Assembly (NCBI GenBank): GCA_965659815.1
Contig: CBFHXO010000001.1
Coordinates: forward strand, 1 to 59,482
Length of the DNA stretch: 59,482 bases
Direction of reading: 5' to 3'
Source of the DNA: Pseudomonadales bacterium
GTDB taxonomy: Bacteria; Pseudomonadota; Gammaproteobacteria; Pseudomonadales; UBA7434
Shown one piece after another: positions 20,314-29,500 of this stretch; positions within the stretch are counted from its first letter, which is position 1; every line of letters starts with the position of its first letter. The notes under the pieces are model-generated. The model searched no databases and had not been told where the DNA came from. It saw nothing but the letters and a program-made list of their open reading frames with translations. The position numbers and the translations under genes were made by a program.

Positions 20314-20739
20314 TTACTGCATCACGATAGTGATTTTTTTAAAGCGGGCATTCACAACCTCATAGGTACCGCGCAGCCTTAGCTCAAAACTCTCGCCCTC
20401 TGCGAGGGTTTGCCCCATGAAATCATCCACTGGTTTTTTAGCGGTAAAGCAATCAACAATATCCACCTGGGCAATAAAATCGCCATCGCCGTTTTTTCCA
20501 CTTTCATTGCCATCTTCCGTATGGCAAATGTCAATGTTTACCGGCGTCATCTGATCGTGGAACAAATCAATCAGGTGCTGGTAAGTGTCGATAATGGCAT
20601 CGGCACCCACTGACTCGCCCTGGGCAGAGACCATTAGCACATCATCGTGATAGAACGCCCGCAACGCCTGCGAATTCTCACTGTTGTAAGCCGTATAGTA
20701 ATCTTTCATTAATTGCTCAGGCACGAATTGCTCAGACAT
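20314..20739 (-). CDS. NTF2-like (ketosteroid isomerase-like) protein
   Basis: 141 aa. The N-terminal YYTAYNSENSQALRAFYHDDVLMV pattern is NTF2-like. Lies 3 nt downstream of the phosphatase gene. Confidence 0.6.
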   Translation of the reverse strand: MSEQFVPEQLMKDYYTAYNSENSQALRAFYHDDVLMVSAQGESVGADAIIDTYQHLIDLFHDQMTPVNIDICHTEDGNESGKNGDGDFIAQVDIVDCFTAKKPVDDFMGQTLAEGESFELRLRGTYEVVNARFKKITIVMQ

Positions 20740-20742
20740 CGC

Positions 20743-21630
20743 TTAACCTTCGAGAAAACGTTCACGTAATAATTGTATTTCAGCATCGCTAATGCTCAGC
20801 CCCTGACGAAAGTAGTTATCAATTGAGCCATAATCTTTTTTCATTTGGTCTATGGCCGCGACAATAAAGCTACGCTCAACACCGAGTAAGGGGCGTATTT
20901 TTTCAGGATCCGTTTGAAAAAATGAACCCAGGCGAATCATCCAGATATATTTGTTGATTTTGTCCTTGGTGTATTCATTGGTCAACAAAAAGTCGTTGAT
21001 TACCGTAGACTCAGGAACACCCAGCGCCAGCAGGGTAATTGCCGCCCCAAAACCCGCTCTGTCTTTACCGCCGGTACAGTGTGCAACGCTTGGAACATTA
21101 TTATCACTTAGCAAGCTTTTAAGGTGTGGGCCATATACTTGCTGCTGGCTGGTGACAAATGCGCGGTTGGCATTCTCCATCAATTCTGTTGCATTCAGGT
21201 CATCAATATCACCCGATGATATTTTTTCAAACAGCTCTTTAACTGCCGTACCTTCAACATCGATTTCGCGCTCTACATAGTTAACACCTTCCGGTATCCG
21301 GTCGGGATCTTCGGCTTTCTCAAACGGAGTTCTAAAATCGACAATCTGCTTAACGCCCAAGCGCTGTATATAGGCAAGATCCTGGTCGCTTAATTCGGCC
21401 AGACTATCTGAGCGGTACAGCATGCCCCACTTAACTGTGCGGCCGTCGGCAGCTTGATAGCCGCCAAGATCCCTGAAATTTTCTGCGCCATCCATAGGCA
21501 GTTTACGATATTCAGCGCGCTGTTCGGCAGCGAGCTGTGCAGGAATAACGCGACTTTCAGCGACACCCTTTGAATCGCCACAAGCAACTATCGTTAATAG
21601 CATCAGCAACGGCAGAAGTTTTTTAATCAT
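20743..21630 (-). CDS. protein-tyrosine-phosphatase-like lipoprotein
   Basis: CX5R P-loop HCTGGKDRAG. N-terminal LLTIVAC lipobox. Confidence 0.8.
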   Translation of the reverse strand: MIKKLLPLLMLLTIVACGDSKGVAESRVIPAQLAAEQRAEYRKLPMDGAENFRDLGGYQAADGRTVKWGMLYRSDSLAELSDQDLAYIQRLGVKQIVDFRTPFEKAEDPDRIPEGVNYVEREIDVEGTAVKELFEKISSGDIDDLNATELMENANRAFVTSQQQVYGPHLKSLLSDNNVPSVAHCTGGKDRAGFGAAITLLALGVPESTVINDFLLTNEYTKDKINKYIWMIRLGSFFQTDPEKIRPLLGVERSFIVAAIDQMKKDYGSIDNYFRQGLSISDAEIQLLRERFLEG

Positions 21631-21673
21631 AACGGCATTACCTTTTTTGCAGTTATAGTTTATTCAAACAGTT

Positions 21674-22870
21674 TTATGCGACGATATTATCTGCACGCAA
21701 AGCAGCAATAGCATTTCCGTAGCCCAATTCGCCAAGAATCTCATCGGTATGCTCACCTAACATGGGTGAACCATGACCAACACCCGCAGGCGTGCCCTCA
21801 AACTCAGGGGCAAACCTGGGCTCGCGAATTTTGCCAGCGACATTGTGCTCACTGGTAACAAAGGTTCCGTTGGCAACGATCTGGGGGTGCTCGGGCAATT
21901 CTTTAATATCCATTGCCTTAGCACAGGGCACATCATGGGCAACCATCGCGGCAATACCTTCATCAACATCGGTTTGCGCAGCGGCGGCATAGACCTTTTG
22001 CATAATATTAACCATAGCCTCACCATTCATGGCTCTATCTATAACGGTGGCAACCTTTGGCTCAGTGCGTGAGTCGATATTGAAAGCTGCACATAAACCA
22101 TGGAACTCGTCATCGGATACCGGCGCGGCCTGACCATAACCATTGGCGAATTTAATCAGTGGCACACCTTTGGCAACCTGTGCACCCAATTGCGCACCTT
22201 CGTCGAGAAACGTTGCCGTTTCCGATGCATCCATCCATAAAAAATGCACCATGCTATCAACCATATTCATACGAATATGCTGACCACCCCGACCCATGGC
22301 TCGCGCATAGAGCGCCGAACTAATCGCGATTGAGACATTCATCGACGTCATTTTATCGGCAATAGCCTGATAACATTGCACCGGCTCACCGGTTTCGATA
22401 TTTGCCTGGTTATAGGCCACACCCGAAAACGCCTGCACCACGTTGTCGTAAGCGCGCCGCTTGGCATCGGGGCCTTGATGGCCAAACCCGTAAACCGACA
22501 TATAGATAATATCGGGGTTAATCGCTTTTAAATCGTCATAGCTAATACCCAGGCGCTCTACCACACCCACGCGAAAGTTATGAATCAATACATCGGTATC
22601 GGCCGCCAGCTTTTTAAAAATTTCCAGGCCTTTTTCGGTTTTCAAATCAATGGCCAGACCTCGCTTACCCCGATTGGCCATTTGAAACATCGCTGTCACA
22701 CCATTGCGATTCGAGCCCACATAGCGCATGACATCGCCAATACCCGGCGATTCGACTTTAATGACCTCAGCGCCCTGGTCGGCCATCATGCCGCTGCCAA
22801 AGGGAGCGGCAATTGCCGTTGACAAGTCAATTACTTTTACGCCCTTAAGCGGGCCGTCCGCTGTATTCAT
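21674..22870 (-). CDS. family III CoA-transferase (CaiB/BaiF type)
   Basis: GVKVIDLSTAIAAPFGSGMMADQGAEVIKVESPGIGD is the canonical N-terminus. 398 aa. Confidence 0.85.
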   Translation of the reverse strand: MNTADGPLKGVKVIDLSTAIAAPFGSGMMADQGAEVIKVESPGIGDVMRYVGSNRNGVTAMFQMANRGKRGLAIDLKTEKGLEIFKKLAADTDVLIHNFRVGVVERLGISYDDLKAINPDIIYMSVYGFGHQGPDAKRRAYDNVVQAFSGVAYNQANIETGEPVQCYQAIADKMTSMNVSIAISSALYARAMGRGGQHIRMNMVDSMVHFLWMDASETATFLDEGAQLGAQVAKGVPLIKFANGYGQAAPVSDDEFHGLCAAFNIDSRTEPKVATVIDRAMNGEAMVNIMQKVYAAAAQTDVDEGIAAMVAHDVPCAKAMDIKELPEHPQIVANGTFVTSEHNVAGKIREPRFAPEFEGTPAGVGHGSPMLGEHTDEILGELGYGNAIAALRADNIVA

Positions 22871-22892
22871 TGTTTACTCGCTTTTTAGTTAT

Positions 22893-24008
22893 CTATACGA
22901 AATTTTTATTTGAACGCTCGCGACCACCAGGCCCGCTGTAACCCATGGTGTAGCCGGGCCGCTGATCAAAATCAATATCCGGCATTGATGCCATGGCAGT
23001 ATCCCAGGCCTTAATCAATTTGTCTTCAGCTGCATAATCAAATGGGTCCTCCAATGCCTTTACCTGCCAAGCGTCATTATCCAGTGGGTTGTCAACCAAC
23101 CACTGCGCGGTTCGCTGCAAAGCATCTTGCGGCTTAACAATGTCGTTATAGCCCAGCAGTGTCTGCAACTTGCTAATGTCCATTAGTCTATGCGTTGTTA
23201 ATGGTTGCATAATCAAAGGCCGCGCTGGTATTGCCAGCTCGTAAGGCATTGAAACAATGCGCCATTGATGCGATAAGCCCTCGGCAATGATTTCAACCAT
23301 TTGCCTTAACGTTAAGGTTTGCGAATCACAGCAGTTAAATATTTCGCCCTGGGCTTTTCCTGGCTGGTCTACCGCCAGCAATAAGGCGTGGGCTAGGTTT
23401 TCGGCATAACCCACGCTGAGTAATGACAGACCATCGTCGGGCAATATAATATGTGGCCGACCATCGAGTATACGTTTAACAATGCACCACTCTCTGGGCA
23501 GTGCCTGGTAAGGTCCATACACCACTGGGTAGCGAAAGTGCGTTGCCTTTGGCTGCAATTCAAATAACGCCTGTTCGGTGCGCACAATGCGATAACCCTT
23601 TTCATCTTGCTCAGCTTGCGACACTAATAAGGCATTCTCTGCGGTTGGCACCGGCAAGCCCTCGGGCCTGTGCGCCATGGGGTTCATATAGCCCACATAA
23701 CATGGCTGCCCTCCAATTGAGATAAATTGCTCACAGCGACCTCGCATCAGTTTGGCAACTACTCTTAGCCGACCGTAGGCAGCAACGCATAAATCAAACG
23801 TGCGATTCGCCAACGCCTCCGTTAAGCAGGCTTCATCGTAAGGGTCGGTATGAATATGTTCGACTTCGGGTGGAATCTCGTCGACTTCATGGTTACCTGT
23901 ATGCAAAATTGCAACGGTGTAACCACGATCAATTAAGCCGTTGACTATAAAGTGGCCTGTCGGCCCGGTGCCACCAATAACAAGTGCAGTTAACAAAACA
24001 GTTCTCAA
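22893..24008 (-). CDS. NAD(P)-binding epimerase/dehydratase-family (extended SDR) protein
   Basis: Rossmann motif VIGGTGPTGHFIV. 371 aa. Confidence 0.75.
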   Translation of the reverse strand: MRTVLLTALVIGGTGPTGHFIVNGLIDRGYTVAILHTGNHEVDEIPPEVEHIHTDPYDEACLTEALANRTFDLCVAAYGRLRVVAKLMRGRCEQFISIGGQPCYVGYMNPMAHRPEGLPVPTAENALLVSQAEQDEKGYRIVRTEQALFELQPKATHFRYPVVYGPYQALPREWCIVKRILDGRPHIILPDDGLSLLSVGYAENLAHALLLAVDQPGKAQGEIFNCCDSQTLTLRQMVEIIAEGLSHQWRIVSMPYELAIPARPLIMQPLTTHRLMDISKLQTLLGYNDIVKPQDALQRTAQWLVDNPLDNDAWQVKALEDPFDYAAEDKLIKAWDTAMASMPDIDFDQRPGYTMGYSGPGGRERSNKNFV

Positions 24009-24130
24009 TGTTTATTTCAGCGATTGTTTCAACTTTTAGTTGGCCGCGATATCGGCACAACAACTAAGCCCCTGTAAGGGCGGTACCATAACGCAATAAA
24101 CCGCGAAGGCAACTTAATGACTGGTTAGAC

Positions 24131-25021
24131 TTAGCTGTTGAACTCGCTTGACATAGCAGACGAAGCATCAACCGCAATATTGAGATAGCTGACCGGATAG
24201 GTCGATTGCAAATAACTGGCAATATCCAGCGTTAAGCATTGTTGCAGCTGTTGCTGTTTTGCCGCATTGATGGCGATAGACCGTTGGCTGGCATAGATAA
24301 CGAGATTTTCAAAACCATTAAGCTCACCAAATAGCATATGTTTAAATTGGCCACGTAATACATTAAACATCGGTTGTAATTGCGCAGGATCGCGCGTAAT
24401 ACTATTGATTACCAGTACACCACCCGACATTAGGGCCTGACGTAATGCATAGATAAAATCGGCTTGGTATAAACCATCAGGAAACCCTTGCGGTTGATAA
24501 AGATCACAAAGAATAATATCACTTTGGCTATTGCTTACTTGCAGATAACTTTCTGCGCTTTGAATAATAATTGTTTCATGGCCTTGTGGCGGTGGATTGA
24601 AGTAGTTTTGATAAAGCGATAATAGTGCTGATTCAATCTCAACCGTGGTTAACCGTGCCGCTGGGTAGTGGTAATACAAAAATCGATTAACGGCACCTGC
24701 ACCCAATCCCAACTGCAATAGCTTTGCTTGCACAGGAATAGACTCAAAACACAGCGCCGTAACCATAGCCTGCATATAAGGCAACGCCAACAAAGCGGTA
24801 TCGCTTTTTAACATGATCGACTGTAGCGGCGTTTTTGTATCGGATATTTCAAGGGCTGCGCTATTGACTGACGCATTGGGGCCAAACATCAGCCAGCGCC
24901 AGAGGTTATTTTCGCGCACACTAATTATCGGGCCAGCACTTCCCGATATACGCTCTCCGCTGCCACTCGTAATCGTTTCGAGCAATTGACCCTCGTTCGC
25001 AAGCGGCAGTTTAGGCAACAT
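24131..25021 (-). CDS. spermidine synthase-like class I methyltransferase-fold protein
   Basis: LLQLGLGAGAV (SAM/dcSAM-binding loop), TTVEIE and IILCDLY pattern. Confidence 0.6.
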   Translation of the reverse strand: MLPKLPLANEGQLLETITSGSGERISGSAGPIISVRENNLWRWLMFGPNASVNSAALEISDTKTPLQSIMLKSDTALLALPYMQAMVTALCFESIPVQAKLLQLGLGAGAVNRFLYYHYPAARLTTVEIESALLSLYQNYFNPPPQGHETIIIQSAESYLQVSNSQSDIILCDLYQPQGFPDGLYQADFIYALRQALMSGGVLVINSITRDPAQLQPMFNVLRGQFKHMLFGELNGFENLVIYASQRSIAINAAKQQQLQQCLTLDIASYLQSTYPVSYLNIAVDASSAMSSEFNS

Positions 25022-25129
25022 AAGTTAACGCCTTATTTTGCGCAGGATATAATTCTCTATTCAACTTTCTAATCAAGTTTTTATTTAGCCAGCTAATCCA
25101 TTATTTTTAGACGCTAATCAAAAATGCAT

Positions 25130-25834
25130 CTAGCACTCTGGCGCCACCTCCAACGCCTTTGCTTCACGGCGCCAACGACCTTCGGGGTCGTCAATATCGC
25201 CGTTACTCAGTATCGTCGGGTAGGGAATACCACGACTATCGCAGAAATTCGCCAACCGGGGGTAGCCCCAACGAAAAAACAGCCGTTGGTAGCTTGCGTG
25301 GTTGATACGGGTTTGCTGATAAAGACCAGCCCGTTGTCGCTGCGCGCGTGCTTCATTTAGTATAATAGCGGCCGCCACTGATACATTAAACGATTCAACC
25401 ATACCCACCATCGGTATATAAATGAGTGCATCGGCCTGCTCATAACTGTAAGCACTCACACCGTCAATCTCGCCGCCCATAACAATCGCTGTAGGGCAGG
25501 TATAGTCGACAGTATCAAATGGCTGGCCATTTTTATCGCCACTATCAGCAACAATCAACTGCATCCCTTGTTGTTTAACTGCGACAATGGCTTGCTCGCT
25601 ATTGTTATGGATATGCATATCAACCCACTGATTGCTACCCATTGCGGTACCCCTATAGGGTTTAAATTCATCGGCGGACATGACCGCATGAATATCGCCA
25701 ACACCCACGGCATCACAACTACGCACTATAGCGGCAAGGTTTCGAGCTTTATGCACGCAGTCTGCAATCAGTGTAAGGTCTGGCTGCCTTAGCGACAGCA
25801 CCGCATTGATTTTTTCGGCTCGTTTGGGTGTCAT
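25130..25834 (-). CDS. trmH: tRNA (guanosine-2'-O)-methyltransferase TrmH (SpoU family)
   Basis: LRQPDLTLIADCVHKARNLAAIVRSCDAVGV is collinear with E. coli TrmH. C-terminal SPOUT knot SFNVSVAAAI. Confidence 0.85.
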   Translation of the reverse strand: MTPKRAEKINAVLSLRQPDLTLIADCVHKARNLAAIVRSCDAVGVGDIHAVMSADEFKPYRGTAMGSNQWVDMHIHNNSEQAIVAVKQQGMQLIVADSGDKNGQPFDTVDYTCPTAIVMGGEIDGVSAYSYEQADALIYIPMVGMVESFNVSVAAAIILNEARAQRQRAGLYQQTRINHASYQRLFFRWGYPRLANFCDSRGIPYPTILSNGDIDDPEGRWRREAKALEVAPEC

Positions 25835-26011
25835 AAAAGCTGCTTCTTATCCTGACAAGGCGACTGGGATAAAAACACTTTATACAGGATTGTCAGCAAC
25901 AGGTCATTGATGGATTGGCCCAGCTGGCAGGCACGCTTGACAGGCGCTGCAACGTGCGCCATAAGATAGCAATAAATTAAAAGTAGAAAAGTGTGTTAGA
26001 GAAAAAACGGA

Positions 26012-26515
26012 TTAGCTGTTAAGGGTATAGGCGAGCAAGTGTTGTTCAACCCATTCGATATTGGGAATACCCGCCGTCAGCTCTCTAACGGCAATGGACA
26101 TGGCTTCGGCACGGCCGCGCGGTCGACCTTCGTGTACCTCGATATCACCATCACTAATGGCAATTAAGCTAGGTAGTTCTTTAAGTACCACCGCATAGTA
26201 AGGTAAGTGTCCATGGTCTGCGGTGCCGTTAAGCACGGCAACATGCTGTACCTGTTCGGGGCTAACCGTCGATGCACCATTAAGCGACTCAAAACTAATC
26301 AGGGGGATATTGCGGCCACGCCAGTGAATAGCGCCGATATACCACTCGGGCGATTTCAGTTTCTGGGAAATATGTCCCGCCACAACCACCTCAGCGACCA
26401 TAGAATCCGGCACCAGTAATCCGTCCATTTGTAAAGGCAAAAACATGGTCGCAAAAGGCGAATGAGCTAACTCATCCGTCATGGGTTGAAGTAAACTGTC
26501 ATCGAATGCCTGCAT
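26012..26515 (-). CDS. chpC: CheW-like coupling protein ChpC
   Basis: 167-aa single CheW-like domain directly downstream of chpA. Confidence 0.75.
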   Translation of the reverse strand: MQAFDDSLLQPMTDELAHSPFATMFLPLQMDGLLVPDSMVAEVVVAGHISQKLKSPEWYIGAIHWRGRNIPLISFESLNGASTVSPEQVQHVAVLNGTADHGHLPYYAVVLKELPSLIAISDGDIEVHEGRPRGRAEAMSIAVRELTAGIPNIEWVEQHLLAYTLNS

Positions 26516-26583
26516 GTTTATACCCGTGTTTTCCTGTCAATCGTAAACGTGTTTATACGGCTCGCCAAATTATCCGGCCGTCG

Positions 26584-29500
26584 CTAGGTGCCAAACTGTT
26601 CGTCAACCAGCGTTTGCGGCATCACTTTATTAATGGCCTCAAATAAAACCGCCTCTTGGTAAGGCTTGCCAAGATAACCATTCGCACCTAGACCCAGCGC
26701 ACGCTCTCGATGTTTATCACCGGTACGCGAAGTAATCATAATAATGGGGATATCAGCCAGTTTGGGGTCGTTTTTAATTCGAGCCACAACTTCAAAACCA
26801 TCCATACGCGGCATCTCTATATCGAGCAGGATAAAGTCCGGCTTGACATCGTCGAGTTGCAAAATAGCGTCGAGCCCATCTTTGGCGGTAACCACATCCA
26901 TACCACGGCGTTCAAGCAAACGCGTGGTCACCTTGCGCACGGTTACTGAGTCGTCGACCACCATGGCCAACAGATTATCGCGTTTCTTATCCAGTGATAC
27001 GACATCGCTGGTTTCGCTACGCGCGTGCTCTGAGCGCACCAATGCAACCAGATCGGCAATCATCACTACGCTGCCATCACCAAGCACCGTTGCGCCAGCG
27101 ATACCCTCAAGGTTGGCAAACTGCTTGCCCAAACTTTTAACCACAATCTCGCGGCTGCCCAGTAGGCGGTCGACTTGTAGCGCCACAAATTTATCGCCAC
27201 CACGAACCAGTAATACCGGTAATGCAGCTAACATTTCGGGGCTCGCCTGGTACTGACTGCCATTGAGTAAACTACCCAGGTAATCAAACTCGTATTGTTG
27301 CCCTGCGTAAAAGAACTTAGCTGCGTTTTCGCCGTAGTACTCTTCTAATTCAAATGGACTAACGCGGACAATGCCCTCGATAGAATCTAACGGTACTGCT
27401 AATGTTTCGCCACCAGCGCTTACCAATAAGGCGCGGTTCATCGAAACGGTAAATGGCAAGCGAAAAATAAACATTGTGCCCTGCTGGGCTCGCGAGATGA
27501 CTTCAACACTGCCACCTAGTGCTGTCATTTCGCTTTGCACCACGTCCATACCCACGCCACGACCAGATATTTGGGTCAGCTCTTTTGCTGTACTAAAACC
27601 GGCAGCAAAAATAAACTTCATTACGTCTTCATCAGATAAATCGTCGTCTTTACTCATCAATTCGTTGGCAATGGCTTTTTTCCGCACCGCCGCAACATCG
27701 ATGCCACGACCATCATCACTGAGCTCAAGCACCACATCGCCGCCTTCACGACGAATATCAAGACGAATCACACCCAGCTCGGGCTTGCCTTGCTGTTGAC
27801 GCTCTTTATCATTTTCAATGCCATGGTCAATGGCATTTCTCAGTACGTGCTCAAGCGGTGCCACCATGCGCTCAATCATAGAGCGGTCGAGTTCGCCACC
27901 GGCATTGTTAACATCAAATGTTACCGGCTTATCAAGCTCACCACTCACCTGCCTAACAATTCTTCTTAGCCTTGGAATAATATAGCGCGACAATGGCACG
28001 GTTCGGGTACGCATCAAGCCTTCTTGCAAGCTGGTATTAATGCGTGACTGCTGCAGTAACAGCGTTTCCATATCGCGGGTCTTTTCATTAAGCGTGGTTT
28101 TTAAGTCTTTTAAATCCGAGGCTGACTCAACCAGCGATTTCGATAACTGCTGTACCTGTGAATAGCGGTCCATCTCTAGAGGATCAAATTCTTCATGTCC
28201 CTCACTTTCAACCTGCTCTTTGCGGAACTCGATTTGTGCTTCCATTTCAATTTCGAGACGGCGCAGCTGTTCTTTGAGCCGCTCAATGGTCGCATCAATT
28301 TCATCGATGCTAAGCGAGAAATCACTAACCTGTTCTTCAACCAGTGAGCGCGAAATACTGGTTTCGCCAGCGAGATTAACCAGGTTTTCTAACAAGCTCG
28401 ATGATACGCGTATCACTTCATCGCGCTTCTCCTCTTCGTTAACCGGGGCATCACTGTCTTGGACAGTTGTTTCTTCATCACCGGCATTCAGGCTATGGCG
28501 AATACTGCTAACAGAGGCAACAAGATCGGTAACAAACTTGCTGGCACGTTTAAAGAAACGCGCGTCGGTTTTGGTATCACCATTACTGGCGGACAATAAT
28601 AAAGTCTCAAATTCATGACTGAGGTCGCCGACCTGGGCAAGGCCAGCCATACGGGCGCCACCCTTAATGGTATGCAAAGGCCGCAGTAAACGTTCGAGAT
28701 AGCTTTGATCATCACGGTTATTCAACCATTGCTGTACGCCGGCCTCCACATCTTCAATCAGGTCGTCAGATTCATCGAGGAAAATCGCCACAATCTCGCG
28801 GTCTACGCCATTGAGCCCACCGGTGTCGCGTGTCACTGTGTCGGTAGTAGTGCTACTGGTTTTTTCAATTTGCCCCAGTAGTTGCTGTTCAGTTTCAATG
28901 GCATCGTGCAATGTTGCTAAAGAAGCCGAGGGCTCAACCAGTTGCCCTGCAGCCATTCTGTCGAGCATATTTTCCAGCTCATTATGGGCTTGCAGCAAAA
29001 TGGTGTAGGGGCGGTAGTGCAAACCGGTTTGAACAAAGCACTGATAGGCATCGTAAAGTGCCTGGCATTGTTGTTGAATTGCGCTTTGATGGCCGTCGGT
29101 TGCAGCTTGCTGTAATTGATCTAACACCAGCAGCATAGATTCGTAACTATCGGGTGCCGAACCATGAACACGCCAGCTCTGCAAAAATTCGCCGGCGCTA
29201 AAGATAATATCGTTTTCAACCAGCAAGCTTTGTTCGCCGGTATGGGTGTCCAGGCCAGCGGCAATTGCCTGGTTTAATTCATCCATAAATAAATCGGCAC
29301 GCTGTTGATCACCAGCACTGACTGACGCCAGTGTACCTGCCGTTAGCTGCGCTTGGGTCCAGTCGTAAATATTAGCTAACAGGGAATGCTCGCCGTCGCT
29401 AATTCTGCAGCGTTTGCGAATCAGGCTAACCAATATTTCTGCCGGGGCAAATAAATCGGCAATGAGCTGGTTACCGGCAATTCGAGCACCGCCTGCCAAA

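Noticed and set aside
26744-27256. Long antisense or shadow ORFs inside real genes (for example 26744..27256, 33029..33493, 46241..46720, 50258..50752, 53068..53517, 13641..14060)
   Set aside because: All lie opposite or out of frame within strongly supported CDSs and have biased Ser/Arg/Leu-rich composition typical of shadow frames.
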